Assembly: GCA_003516025.1 (NCBI GenBank)
Contig: CP023991.1
Span: 931,374 to 963,373 of the forward strand
Direction of reading: 5' to 3'
Length of the DNA: 32,000 nt
Origin: Candidatus Saccharimonadota bacterium
Lineage (GTDB): Bacteria > Patescibacteriota > Saccharimonadia > Saccharimonadales > UBA4665
The notes beneath the pieces were generated by a model. The model was given only the letters and a program-made list of their open reading frames with translations, searched no databases and was not told the DNA's origin. This document shows, piece after piece, positions 15,963 to 24,000 of this stretch (position 1 is the first letter of the stretch; each line of letters opens with the position of its first letter). A program made the translations under genes and the position numbers.

Positions 15963-16262
15963 TTAATAATTCGGCAGCTTGCGAAGATCTTCGCGTAAGT
16001 CCTCATAGCCATCGTGCAATTCATCGATATCGCCATGATCAATACTTTGGCCATCACCGTCTTTCAACTCTTCCAGTTTTTGAAGTACCTGTTTAATACG
16101 GTCGTCGATGGAACGTGGTTTTTTATTCATTTCAAAGTCTTCGACCACATCGCGCAGTTCTTCCTGCAATTGGCGAGTAGCGTTTTTGTCGTCGACACAG
16201 TCGTTAAAACGATGGAACAAGCGATCTGCTTGGCGGCGCAATTCCTGATAATTCGGATCCAT
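15963..16262 (-). CDS. 99-aa acidic, predicted all-helical protein of unknown function
   Basis: Start moved to ATG 16262 because AAGGAGG sits 6 nt upstream of it, inside the longer ORF. The sequence is rich in D/E/K/R/L and I recognise no motif. Confidence 0.6.
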   Translation of the reverse strand: MDPNYQELRRQADRLFHRFNDCVDDKNATRQLQEELRDVVEDFEMNKKPRSIDDRIKQVLQKLEELKDGDGQSIDHGDIDELHDGYEDLREDLRKLPNY

Positions 16263-16308
16263 AGCAACCTCCTTGTTTACACTTTCCATTTTAGCACCGT
16301 ACCACTAG

Positions 16309-16647
16309 CTAATGTCGCATTTCGACTTCGAAATGGTCAAAGTGGGCTGATATGTTCGCAATGTCGATCGCACTGAACAAATCGTGCTCGCTGGCAAGCA
16401 ACATGCTTGCCCGAACCTGCTTCAATCGCTCCAACGCCTGGGTGGCATTTTGTTGGAGTTCGGCACGGCTGTCTGACATTTCCCAGTCACGGATGTCCAG
16501 ACGGGTATCTGCCAGCAAATGCTTAATGGTACCTACCAGGCGTAAATCGGCCGGAGACAACTCATCAAGGTCAAGTCGGGTCAATATAGACCCGACTTGA
16601 CCAGCTACACTGGTAAAACGCGTTAACAAAGAAGCCGCATGCTCCAT
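16309..16647 (-). CDS. 112-aa hypothetical protein
   Basis: An ORF co-directional with its neighbours and preceded by GGGAAGGGTGG. I recognise no motif. Confidence 0.55.
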   Translation of the reverse strand: MEHAASLLTRFTSVAGQVGSILTRLDLDELSPADLRLVGTIKHLLADTRLDIRDWEMSDSRAELQQNATQALERLKQVRASMLLASEHDLFSAIDIANISAHFDHFEVEMRH

Positions 16648-16677
16648 AAACCCTATACCACCCTTCCCTGATGTTGC

Positions 16678-16881
16678 CTAGTTGTTTGCAACGAACGGCA
16701 ACAGCGCGATATGGCGGGCGCGCTTGATGGCGCTGCTCAAACGTCGCTGCTGGCTCTCGGTCAGACCGGTCTTCTTACGAGTTTCAATCTGTCCGTAAAC
16801 GTTTACGTAACGCTGCAAGGTCTTAAAGTCTTTGTAGTCAAAATATGGTACATCGGTACGATGTTTAAAAATCTTTGCCAT
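16678..16881 (-). CDS. rpsR: 30S ribosomal protein S18
   Basis: 67 aa containing RKKTGLTESQQRRLSSAIKRARHIALLPF. Confidence 0.95.
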   Translation of the reverse strand: MAKIFKHRTDVPYFDYKDFKTLQRYVNVYGQIETRKKTGLTESQQRRLSSAIKRARHIALLPFVANN

Positions 16882-16909
16882 AAAATATGTTCCTTATCAA
16901 TAATTAAAC

Positions 16910-17425
16910 TTAGAAAGGAATGTCGTCGAGGTTAATCGGTTCGTCGCCGATATCTTCAATCACGACATCGTCTTTTTTCTTAGCGGGGCCGGTTTGGCTG
17001 GATTGATTAGTCCCGCCTCCGGAAGCAGAAGCTCCGGCATTGCGGGTATAACCACCGTTGGCACCACCGCTATTTCCACCTTCGCCTTCGTCACCGCGTG
17101 AATCGAGGAAGGTTACGTCGCTGGCAAGTACTTCGACTTTATTGCGCTTAACGCCTTCCTGTTCCCAGCTTCGGCTCTGCAAGCGGCCCTGCACTAAACA
17201 GCGGCGGCCTTTGGAAAGATACTGTGAAACGCGTTCACCCAGCGGGCCCCAGGCCACAATGTCAATGTAATCAGTGGCTTCCTGCCACTCGCCTGACGCA
17301 TCCTTATAGCTGCGGTTCAGCGCCAGGCTAAAGCTACAAACGCTTTGGCCGCCCGGTGTATTGCGAAGCTCAGGATCGCGGGTCAGGTTTCCCATTAATG
17401 TTACTTGGTTAAGACTACGTGCCAT
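16910..17425 (-). CDS. ssb: Single-stranded DNA-binding protein
   Basis: Start set at ATG 17425, with AAGGAGGG upstream. Has an OB fold (LNQVTLMGNLTRDPELR), a Gly/Ser/Asn-rich linker and an acidic C-terminal tip DDIPF. Confidence 0.93.
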   Translation of the reverse strand: MARSLNQVTLMGNLTRDPELRNTPGGQSVCSFSLALNRSYKDASGEWQEATDYIDIVAWGPLGERVSQYLSKGRRCLVQGRLQSRSWEQEGVKRNKVEVLASDVTFLDSRGDEGEGGNSGGANGGYTRNAGASASGGGTNQSSQTGPAKKKDDVVIEDIGDEPINLDDIPF

Positions 17426-17542
17426 GTGGCAACCCTCCTTGTAGGAACTATGTCCTTTATTTGTTGGTACTTGCAACTCTACTCGCTGCATTCATTATGG
17501 GTCAAGCCGTAAAATTTACGACTAAATTACCGAAGAAAGTAT

Positions 17543-17923
17543 TTACTCTTCTTCTTTGTCGTCGTCGCTGTCACGCTCACCGCGCTTAGCCGCCTGCTCG
17601 GCTTTGACAGCCTTAGCCGCTTCCGCCTTGGCGATAGCTTTCAGGTCAGGGCGCGTAATGAGGAAACGGATGACTTCGTCGGTAATATTGAGGATACCCT
17701 CTACCTTACGGACGTTTTCTGCCGGCAATTCTACAGCGTAGATTACGTAAATAGCAGATTCGCTCTTCTTAATAGCGTAAGCCAGCTTGCGCTTGCCCCA
17801 GTTATCGGTGTTAGTGATTGATCCACCGTTGTCGGTGATGATCTTTTCCACGCGGCTGGTTGCTTTTTCCAGATCTACTTCCAGATCAGGATGGTAGAGC
17901 ACAGCGATCTCGTACTGATTCAT
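17543..17923 (-). CDS. rpsF: 30S ribosomal protein S6 with an acidic C-terminal tail
   Basis: MNQYEIAVLYHPDL...WGKRKLAYAIKK. It is the first gene of the conserved rpsF-ssb-rpsR arrangement. AAGGAG SD. Confidence 0.95.
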   Translation of the reverse strand: MNQYEIAVLYHPDLEVDLEKATSRVEKIITDNGGSITNTDNWGKRKLAYAIKKSESAIYVIYAVELPAENVRKVEGILNITDEVIRFLITRPDLKAIAKAEAAKAVKAEQAAKRGERDSDDDKEEE

Positions 17924-17986
17924 TCAGTCACTCCTTTGGTTAAAGCCCATACACATATTGTTATGAGCTGAGTTAATAATCTGTAA

Positions 17987-18015
17987 ATTATACCGTAGTC
18001 ACCTCTGTTAGTCAA
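17987..18015 (-). promoter_or_regulatory. Near-consensus sigma70-type promoter of the rpsF-ssb-rpsR operon
   Basis: The minus strand reads TTGACT (18010-18015), exactly 17 nt, then TATAAT (17987-17992). It lies about 63 nt upstream of the rpsF ATG. Confidence 0.6.
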
Positions 18016-18028
18016 GGTGAGCTACTCC

Positions 18029-19141
18029 TTAAGCTGTTGCCGCGCCTGAGACAACCTTATGAATTGGAACGACATTTCCATTGCCATAAGCTGGATTAGC
18101 AGGCCGGCGGCCGGCATTGCCTAATACTTCGTAGTCAGAAACACGTAATGGACCTTGAAAGACTTCCTGCATAACGCGGCCGTTCAATCTTTGTACAGCC
18201 ATGCCGACCTCACGCCTATCTCGCCTGGTGGGAGCTAGTCTCAGGTCACGAACTTTCAGTAAATGGCTCATCATAAAGTCTTCAAGCCGGCGTAGCGGCG
18301 ATGTCACCCGGCAATAGCCATCCAATAGATTCAATCCAATGTGCGGTCCGGGTACCTGACTGTAAGTCGCGACGTTTGGGGGTAAAAATTCCAAATGTGT
18401 TTCATCCTCAGGATCATGTACACGATAGATTGCCGGGCGTCCTTCGTCGGCCATCATTTTACCGACCAGGTTGTTAGCCGCCACCATGTAGGCTTCATTC
18501 AGGCGTGAGCCGCGCAACCAGGCCTGCTGGGCCGGCATATTAACAAGCTGGTGATGCACGGCGTCGGGGTGCGCGCTGGTATCAATCGCAGCGCCGCGGT
18601 CTTCGTCTCCGCCGGAAGTGAATCGTAAATGTGAAAGAATAAAGGCGCTGGCCCGGCCAAACTTTTGATACGTTTCCTGCTGCCGGCATCGCCATCCGAA
18701 TTCCCGGTAGTCATGGTTGCGTGTCACCTCCACGCGGCCGAAAGAGACAGTTACGTCGCTTGGTGGCTGCGTTGCTCCGACTACGAACTGGACCATCAAA
18801 GAACTGCGAACATTTCCTTCTGAGAATTCAAGCCCCCGTATCAGCTCCGGGTCAATCATTGGTTCATAACCCTGTTCATTACCGGTTAAATTATAGTATT
18901 TAGCTTCCGTGCTCCTCATTGCCTGTTTCAATACCTGAGGGTCGTCGTATAACTTCGAAGTGTCAGCCACGCAAACGCCGACACGGTACGTTTCCTCGTG
19001 GGACGGCAACTCTTCCACGAAAATTCCGTCATCAATCTCTTTAGGAGACGAACAGTCCGCGGTAATTATGCCATACGGCTGGTTTGCCTCCGTGGCGTGC
19101 CGGTCAAGCTCAACAATAGAAGTACCCCGAGGCGCGATCAT
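18029..19141 (-). CDS. RNB-domain-only 3'-5' exoribonuclease (RNase II/R family catalytic core)
   Basis: 370 aa. Motif I is ADCSSPKEIDDGIF (compare the RNase II D-x5-D-x-DD motif) and motif IV is VTSPLRRLEDFMMSHLL. There is no room for cold-shock or S1 domains. AAAGGAGAA SD. Confidence 0.75.
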   Translation of the reverse strand: MIAPRGTSIVELDRHATEANQPYGIITADCSSPKEIDDGIFVEELPSHEETYRVGVCVADTSKLYDDPQVLKQAMRSTEAKYYNLTGNEQGYEPMIDPELIRGLEFSEGNVRSSLMVQFVVGATQPPSDVTVSFGRVEVTRNHDYREFGWRCRQQETYQKFGRASAFILSHLRFTSGGDEDRGAAIDTSAHPDAVHHQLVNMPAQQAWLRGSRLNEAYMVAANNLVGKMMADEGRPAIYRVHDPEDETHLEFLPPNVATYSQVPGPHIGLNLLDGYCRVTSPLRRLEDFMMSHLLKVRDLRLAPTRRDRREVGMAVQRLNGRVMQEVFQGPLRVSDYEVLGNAGRRPANPAYGNGNVVPIHKVVSGAATA

Positions 19142-19161
19142 AATAGCCGTTCTCCTTTACT

Positions 19162-19198
19162 AAAAAAGCTCCCGTCGCGCGTGACAGGAGCTTTTTTT
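19162..19198. terminator. Bidirectional intrinsic terminator
   Basis: A6-AGCTCCCGTC-gcgcgt-GACAGGAGCT-T7. It has a 10-bp stem with one mismatch and A/T runs on both sides. It ends 20 nt upstream of the RNB start codon. Confidence 0.7.
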
Positions 19199-19371
19199 CT
19201 TTTTGACAGTTCCACATAAGTCTCATTTTGTGGGCCGAACAGAAGGAATGACAAGTTGTATTTGCGCGTCATCATCCCTCTCTCTTTCCGTCCGACATTA
19301 TCTGACGTTTGTGTTTGATCTTATGGTACCCTGCCATTATGCTTATGGCAAGTGTAACAATGGCAACGTTT

Positions 19372-21315
19372 TTACTCTATAAACTGCCGCTTATGCCCCC
19401 GCACCAATAGCGCGCATAACACCAGTGAAACTGCCGCCGTCGTAGCGCCGGCTATATTCAAGCCGGTATTCGCCAGCGCGCCGCCAGTCTGGACCGTAGC
19501 GCTAGCAGGAACGGCATCCGCCAAAGCCGGCCCGGCGGGATCGATGATTATACCGTTGGCAATACCGTCGTCATCAAGCAAACCGCCATCCGTAATGGTA
19601 TACACCGCTCTCAGGGCTGGCTGGCCGCCAATAGTTACCGCGCTGAGCGCCGCACCGGCGATTGTCTGATACGTCTTGCTGGCCGCGCTATACTTACGCA
19701 TCACATACCTGGCCGGGTCATAATTGCCAAAATAATACTGCGTAACTGTTGCCGTCGCGCCGGGTGTGCCGCACGTCAGCGCGAAGTCCATCAATCCGGC
19801 AGGATAACTATACTTGGCGTCTCCCGCAGTATTAGACTCCGCGCTTACCGAAACATTACTATTCGCGTCACAGCCATCCGTCGCCAGCACCGAGTACTTC
19901 CCGGTCAGGCTGTTCGGCAAACTTGAAACCGCGTCCTGTTCATTATCATCAATACCATCGTCATTGCCATCGCCATTATTGGGCGCGGCCGCCTCAACTG
20001 AATCACGTATTCCATCGGCGTCGCCCATGGCAATTATGCTATATCCTGTAGTCTGCGTATAATTGCCGTCGACGTTATCCACGGTCGAAACCGTACCGGT
20101 CAGCGTATGCGTGCCCGTACCATCAATAGCCACTTTTACCGGTAAAAATATTTTGGGCGCCGAAGCACCTGGTGTTAAAGCGTTAACATCGTCACCCGGG
20201 CGGCTGCAACTAATCTGCTGCCCGTACCGCGCGCAGCTCCAACCGTCACCATACACGTCCTGAAGCTGGAATACATTTGGTACGGTCGCCGTCATAGTAA
20301 TCGTCCCAGTAGTATTCTGAGCACCGGCGTCATTAAAGGCCTGCAAGTACAGCAGAGCATCCTCGCCCTGCTGGACGATTCCCTGCTTACTGGCCGAGAA
20401 TTTAACATTCGGGTTGAGCTTACCAACGCTCAAACCCTGGATCTCGTGAATATTGTTCGAACCGCCGGTACCGGCCGAAAATCCGAACTTAAACGTAGCC
20501 GGTAATGATCCGGCGCCGTTGACCGTATTCAAATTGATGTTCGTGACTTCACTGCGGAGTCCCTGTCCATCAAAGTAATTGACCGCCACATTCATAATGT
20601 TATTTGTATTCACGGTCACGCGTACATGACGCTTAGCGCTGGCCCGTGACTGTGTCGACTCTACCGCCAAGGGGCCGCTAGCCGATTTTCGGGTGACAAA
20701 TTTATAATTGGTCGTTTCCGAACCACGCACTGTAATACTATTAGATGCTGCGCCCGTACCGCCGTTTCCAAACGCCGGGTTGGAGAAGTTGCCGTAGCGG
20801 TCAAAACCGACCCCAATGTAGCCGCCAACGATTCCTGCAGCCGCGGGCGGCCCATTACTGCTTGAATAGCCGAGTGAACCACCAAGCGCGCCCGGCTGCG
20901 TCGGATTAGCCGTACCGTCCAGCAGGAAGAATACGATACCGTCAGCGCCCGTACCGGCGTACTGAAACATATCGAATTCCACATTCAAACCTTCACCGGC
21001 CGAAATCGGCGTGTTATATATCGCGAATCCCGATTGGTTATTGGTATTGTTCGTTAAACGCAGCGCGCCGCTGCCGGCCGTATCAAGTGAGCCACCGCTA
21101 CATGCCGGTATTGAGTTAGCCGCCGAGCTGCTTGCGGCCGTCAGACAAGCGCCGGTACCCGTACCACCGCTGATCCACTGGTTGGCGGCCGTTGAAACGC
21201 CGCTAAACGTTTCTCCGGCAATGGCAGCTGCCGATGCCGTAGCACCACTAAACAGACTGGTGAGCGGCAAAGCCGCCAGCAACAGGCACAACACAAAATT
21301 TTTGAACTTTTTCAT
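19372..21315 (-). CDS. Sortase-anchored (LAxTG) surface protein with an L-type lectin-like domain
   Basis: Start set at ATG 21315 (MKKFKNF..., with AGGGG upstream) and followed by a signal peptide. The legume-lectin-like pattern is present (GALRLTNN...SGFAIYNTPI...GADGIVFFLL...GFSAGTGGSNNIHEI). A DUF11-like repeat (GDGWSCAR...ISCSR) and Asp-rich Ca-loop motifs follow. The C-terminus has LANTG, a hydrophobic helix and RGHKRQ. Confidence 0.85.
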   Translation of the reverse strand: MKKFKNFVLCLLLAALPLTSLFSGATASAAAIAGETFSGVSTAANQWISGGTGTGACLTAASSSAANSIPACSGGSLDTAGSGALRLTNNTNNQSGFAIYNTPISAGEGLNVEFDMFQYAGTGADGIVFFLLDGTANPTQPGALGGSLGYSSSNGPPAAAGIVGGYIGVGFDRYGNFSNPAFGNGGTGAASNSITVRGSETTNYKFVTRKSASGPLAVESTQSRASAKRHVRVTVNTNNIMNVAVNYFDGQGLRSEVTNINLNTVNGAGSLPATFKFGFSAGTGGSNNIHEIQGLSVGKLNPNVKFSASKQGIVQQGEDALLYLQAFNDAGAQNTTGTITMTATVPNVFQLQDVYGDGWSCARYGQQISCSRPGDDVNALTPGASAPKIFLPVKVAIDGTGTHTLTGTVSTVDNVDGNYTQTTGYSIIAMGDADGIRDSVEAAAPNNGDGNDDGIDDNEQDAVSSLPNSLTGKYSVLATDGCDANSNVSVSAESNTAGDAKYSYPAGLMDFALTCGTPGATATVTQYYFGNYDPARYVMRKYSAASKTYQTIAGAALSAVTIGGQPALRAVYTITDGGLLDDDGIANGIIIDPAGPALADAVPASATVQTGGALANTGLNIAGATTAAVSLVLCALLVRGHKRQFIE

Positions 21316-21347
21316 TTTTCCCCTGCGACACAAAAGTACTTATGCCC

Positions 21348-21376
21348 ATTGTACGGAACCGGCATACAAAGCACAA
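21348..21376 (-). promoter_or_regulatory. Candidate promoter of the lectin surface-protein gene
   Basis: The minus strand reads TTGTGC (21371-21376), 17 nt, then TACAAT (21348-21353). It lies in the 78-nt gap after ftsK. Confidence 0.5.
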
Positions 21377-21393
21377 GCGGTACACATCAGGGA

Positions 21394-23643
21394 TTACTGC
21401 ACTAATCGGGCAGCTGGGGCCGGTTCGGTCTCGGCGAAGTCACCTTCCGCGCCATCTTCACCACCAAACACCTGGTCAAGCGAGCTTACCAGCACTTCAC
21501 GGGGCCGGGAGCCGTCAGCAGCGCCAATAATACCCTGCTCTTCCATTTCTTCTATCATACGGGCCGCGCGGCCATAGCCGATGCGCAGGCGGCGCTGCAA
21601 TAAGCTGGTCGATGCTTTCTTATTCTCAATCACTACACGCACGGCATCGCGGAACATGTCACCTTCGGCGTCAGAACCACCACCGTTACCCATATCGACA
21701 ACATTACTGCCCTTACCGAGTTGTACGGGCTGGCTAATAATGTCATGGTCATAAGCAGGTTCGCGCTGCGTCTTAATGAACTCGGTAATCTTTGCTGTCT
21801 CGTCGTCAGAAATAAATGCTGCCTGGACGCGCACCGGCTTGCTCATACCGCTTTGCAACAACAGCATGTCACCCATACCGAGCAGCTTTTCGGCGCCCAT
21901 CTGGTCAATAATTGTTCGTGAGTCAACCTGAGAGGCTACCGTAAAGGCGATGCGGGCTGGCACGTTGGCCTTGATAAGGCCGGTAATAACGTCAACGCTT
22001 GGACGCTGAGTGGCCAGTACCAGGTGGATACCAGCGGCGCGGGCTTTCTGGGCTAAACGGACAATCAAAGCTTCCACGTCACGGGCGGCCATCATCATCA
22101 GGTCAGCCAACTCGTCGATCACAATCACGATGTATGGCATACCCTCTTCTTTTTTGAGGTTGTTGTACTCACCAATGTTACGCTTGCCGACTTCCGCCAT
22201 GGTGCGCAGGCGGCGCTCCATCTCGGCTACTGCCCATTTAAGCGCCGAAATACACTTTTCAGGTTCGTTGATAACCGGCGTCAGCAAATGCGGGATGTCG
22301 TTATATGGCGCCATTTCCACCTGCTTCGGGTCGACCAGAATCAGCTTCATATCGCTGGGGCTGTTGTGGTACAACAGACTTGTAAGCAAGGTGTTAATCA
22401 TCACTGACTTACCGGAACCGGTCTGGCCAGCAACCAGCAGGTGGGGCATCTTGGCGAGATCCGCGATGACCGCGTTGTTGGCAATATCCTTACCAATCAC
22501 AAAACCAAGTGGCTTGTCCTGCAGGCCGTTCCATTCCTTGCTCTTAAACAGTGTGCTTACCAGCACGCTGCCCGACTTCTTATTCGGTACTTCAATACCG
22601 ACGGCCTGCTGGCCCGGAATCGGTGCTTCCATACGGATAGAGTGCGCCGCCAGGTCGAGTGCCAGGTTGTTTTCGAGGGCGGTAATCTTGGTCAGTTTGA
22701 CGTTACTGGGCGGTTTCAGCGTGTACTGCGTAACGCGCGGTCCGATGTTGGCACCCAGCATCTCGACATCGATATTGAAGTTGGCGAACGTACTATGGAT
22801 GACGCCGGCATTGCCGTTGACGTCACCGGCATCCGGTTTAGTCTGCTTTTGATTCAGTAAGTCCTGGCCAGGGAATTTCCAGTCCGGGTCGCTTGTAGTA
22901 GTCAGGGCCGACTGGTTGACGACAACTAATTGGCCGGGATTAGCCGGTTCGGCGCGCATACTGTTCTTAAGCCCGGCAAAGCGCGGACGGGCCTTCTCTT
23001 CAACAGGTTCAGCTTCAGCTTCGACCGGCAGCGTTCCCTCATTAATTTTAAAGTTGGCCGGCTCCACCGGCTTGGCGGCGCGGTTCTTGAGCGACACCAA
23101 GTCGGTATCCTTATGCTCGCGTGGTTCAGGCTTGAAGGACTTGAAGAACTCGACGATCACCGACATCGGAATACTGAAAGCATAAAAGACGGCCGGTACG
23201 AACAGTACCAGCAGGACGATGGCTGCCGGCACCTTGTCCAGCAGACCGAGCGCTACGCCGCCAAAGGCGCTACCGATCGCACCGCCCTTGCTGCCGCTGT
23301 TGGAAATAGGATCGGCGAACAGTACATGCAGCAAGCCGGCAAAAATAATAATTCCAATTAACAGACTGGTTACGCGCTTGGTTGGGGCGCGGTGATCGTG
23401 GCTGGCGAACTTATGGATTCCCCAGAACCCTAAGAAAACCGGTACGGCGTAAGCTGCCATACCAAAAACCGCCTCAGCCGCTTCGTAGAGCGTTTGCGGC
23501 AAGGTTCCGCCGGTTTGGAATCCGCCGAGCCAAATAAACAGGCCGGTAAGGATCATCAAAATAGCGCCCGCGTAGGCCCAAAACGGTGACCGCTGGGCGG
23601 GTGCTGCTTTCTTTGATCGTGTATTTTTTTTCTTTTTTGCCAT
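21394..23643 (-). CDS. ftsK: DNA translocase FtsK/SpoIIIE
   Basis: 749 aa. Has N-terminal transmembrane helices, Walker A GQTGSGKS, Walker B IVIVIDELADL and a C-terminal gamma winged helix (STSLLQRRLRIGYGRAARMIEEME). Confidence 0.95.
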   Translation of the reverse strand: MAKKKKNTRSKKAAPAQRSPFWAYAGAILMILTGLFIWLGGFQTGGTLPQTLYEAAEAVFGMAAYAVPVFLGFWGIHKFASHDHRAPTKRVTSLLIGIIIFAGLLHVLFADPISNSGSKGGAIGSAFGGVALGLLDKVPAAIVLLVLFVPAVFYAFSIPMSVIVEFFKSFKPEPREHKDTDLVSLKNRAAKPVEPANFKINEGTLPVEAEAEPVEEKARPRFAGLKNSMRAEPANPGQLVVVNQSALTTTSDPDWKFPGQDLLNQKQTKPDAGDVNGNAGVIHSTFANFNIDVEMLGANIGPRVTQYTLKPPSNVKLTKITALENNLALDLAAHSIRMEAPIPGQQAVGIEVPNKKSGSVLVSTLFKSKEWNGLQDKPLGFVIGKDIANNAVIADLAKMPHLLVAGQTGSGKSVMINTLLTSLLYHNSPSDMKLILVDPKQVEMAPYNDIPHLLTPVINEPEKCISALKWAVAEMERRLRTMAEVGKRNIGEYNNLKKEEGMPYIVIVIDELADLMMMAARDVEALIVRLAQKARAAGIHLVLATQRPSVDVITGLIKANVPARIAFTVASQVDSRTIIDQMGAEKLLGMGDMLLLQSGMSKPVRVQAAFISDDETAKITEFIKTQREPAYDHDIISQPVQLGKGSNVVDMGNGGGSDAEGDMFRDAVRVVIENKKASTSLLQRRLRIGYGRAARMIEEMEEQGIIGAADGSRPREVLVSSLDQVFGGEDGAEGDFAETEPAPAARLVQ

Positions 23644-23653
23644 ACTTTTGTTT

Positions 23654-23682
23654 ATTATACCCTCTTATGCTTGAGTGGTCTA
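23654..23682 (-). promoter_or_regulatory. Candidate ftsK promoter abutting the start codon
   Basis: The minus strand reads TAGACC (23677-23682), 17 nt, TATAAT (23654-23659), 10 nt, then ATG. No SD is present. Confidence 0.35.
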
Positions 23683-23994
23683 GGGTTTACCGGGGCGAAA
23701 GTGCTGCTCGATCCGCCGCTTGCGCTGAATATGGTCCACTGAGTCCAGTACCGAAGCGATTGTCGCGTCATGGTCAGGATAAGCACCAGGGGTAAGTCTC
23801 AGTTCACGCACCTTCTTGATAGACGTATATATGAGGATAGCGTCACGGCTACCACCGAGCCGAAGATAGTCTGCCCTGTCCGCGGCATCGGTGTAGGGGT
23901 CGAAATACTCATCTACTATCGGCGATGGAAATAATACCTCGGGTAAGGGGCCGAGTGGTTGGTCGCCAGGTTGTGATGACGTTTCGTGGATCAT
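23680..23994 (-). CDS. 104-aa hypothetical protein, probably translated from a leaderless mRNA
   Basis: An ORF directly behind a perfect consensus promoter. No SD is present and I recognise no motif. Confidence 0.6.
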   Translation of the reverse strand: MIHETSSQPGDQPLGPLPEVLFPSPIVDEYFDPYTDAADRADYLRLGGSRDAILIYTSIKKVRELRLTPGAYPDHDATIASVLDSVDHIQRKRRIEQHFRPGKP

Positions 23995-24000
23995 ACCTAT

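Noticed and set aside
16910-17491. The longer ssb ORF starting at 17491 (MQRVELQVPTNKGHSSYKEGCH...), and the longer 108-aa form of the 15963 gene
   Set aside because: Internal ATGs (17425 and 16262) are each preceded by AAGGAGG at ideal spacing. For ssb, this also gives the canonical SSB N-terminus.
19138-19275. A 45-codon ORF (MMTRKYNLSFLLFGPQNETYVELSKRKKAPVTRDGSFFSKGERLL) whose TGA overlaps the RNB ATG (ATGA)
   Set aside because: It reads straight through the intrinsic terminator hairpin, and the purine run touches its ATG with no proper spacing. The overlap is probably coincidental. It is kept only as a caveat under the leader/sRNA finding.
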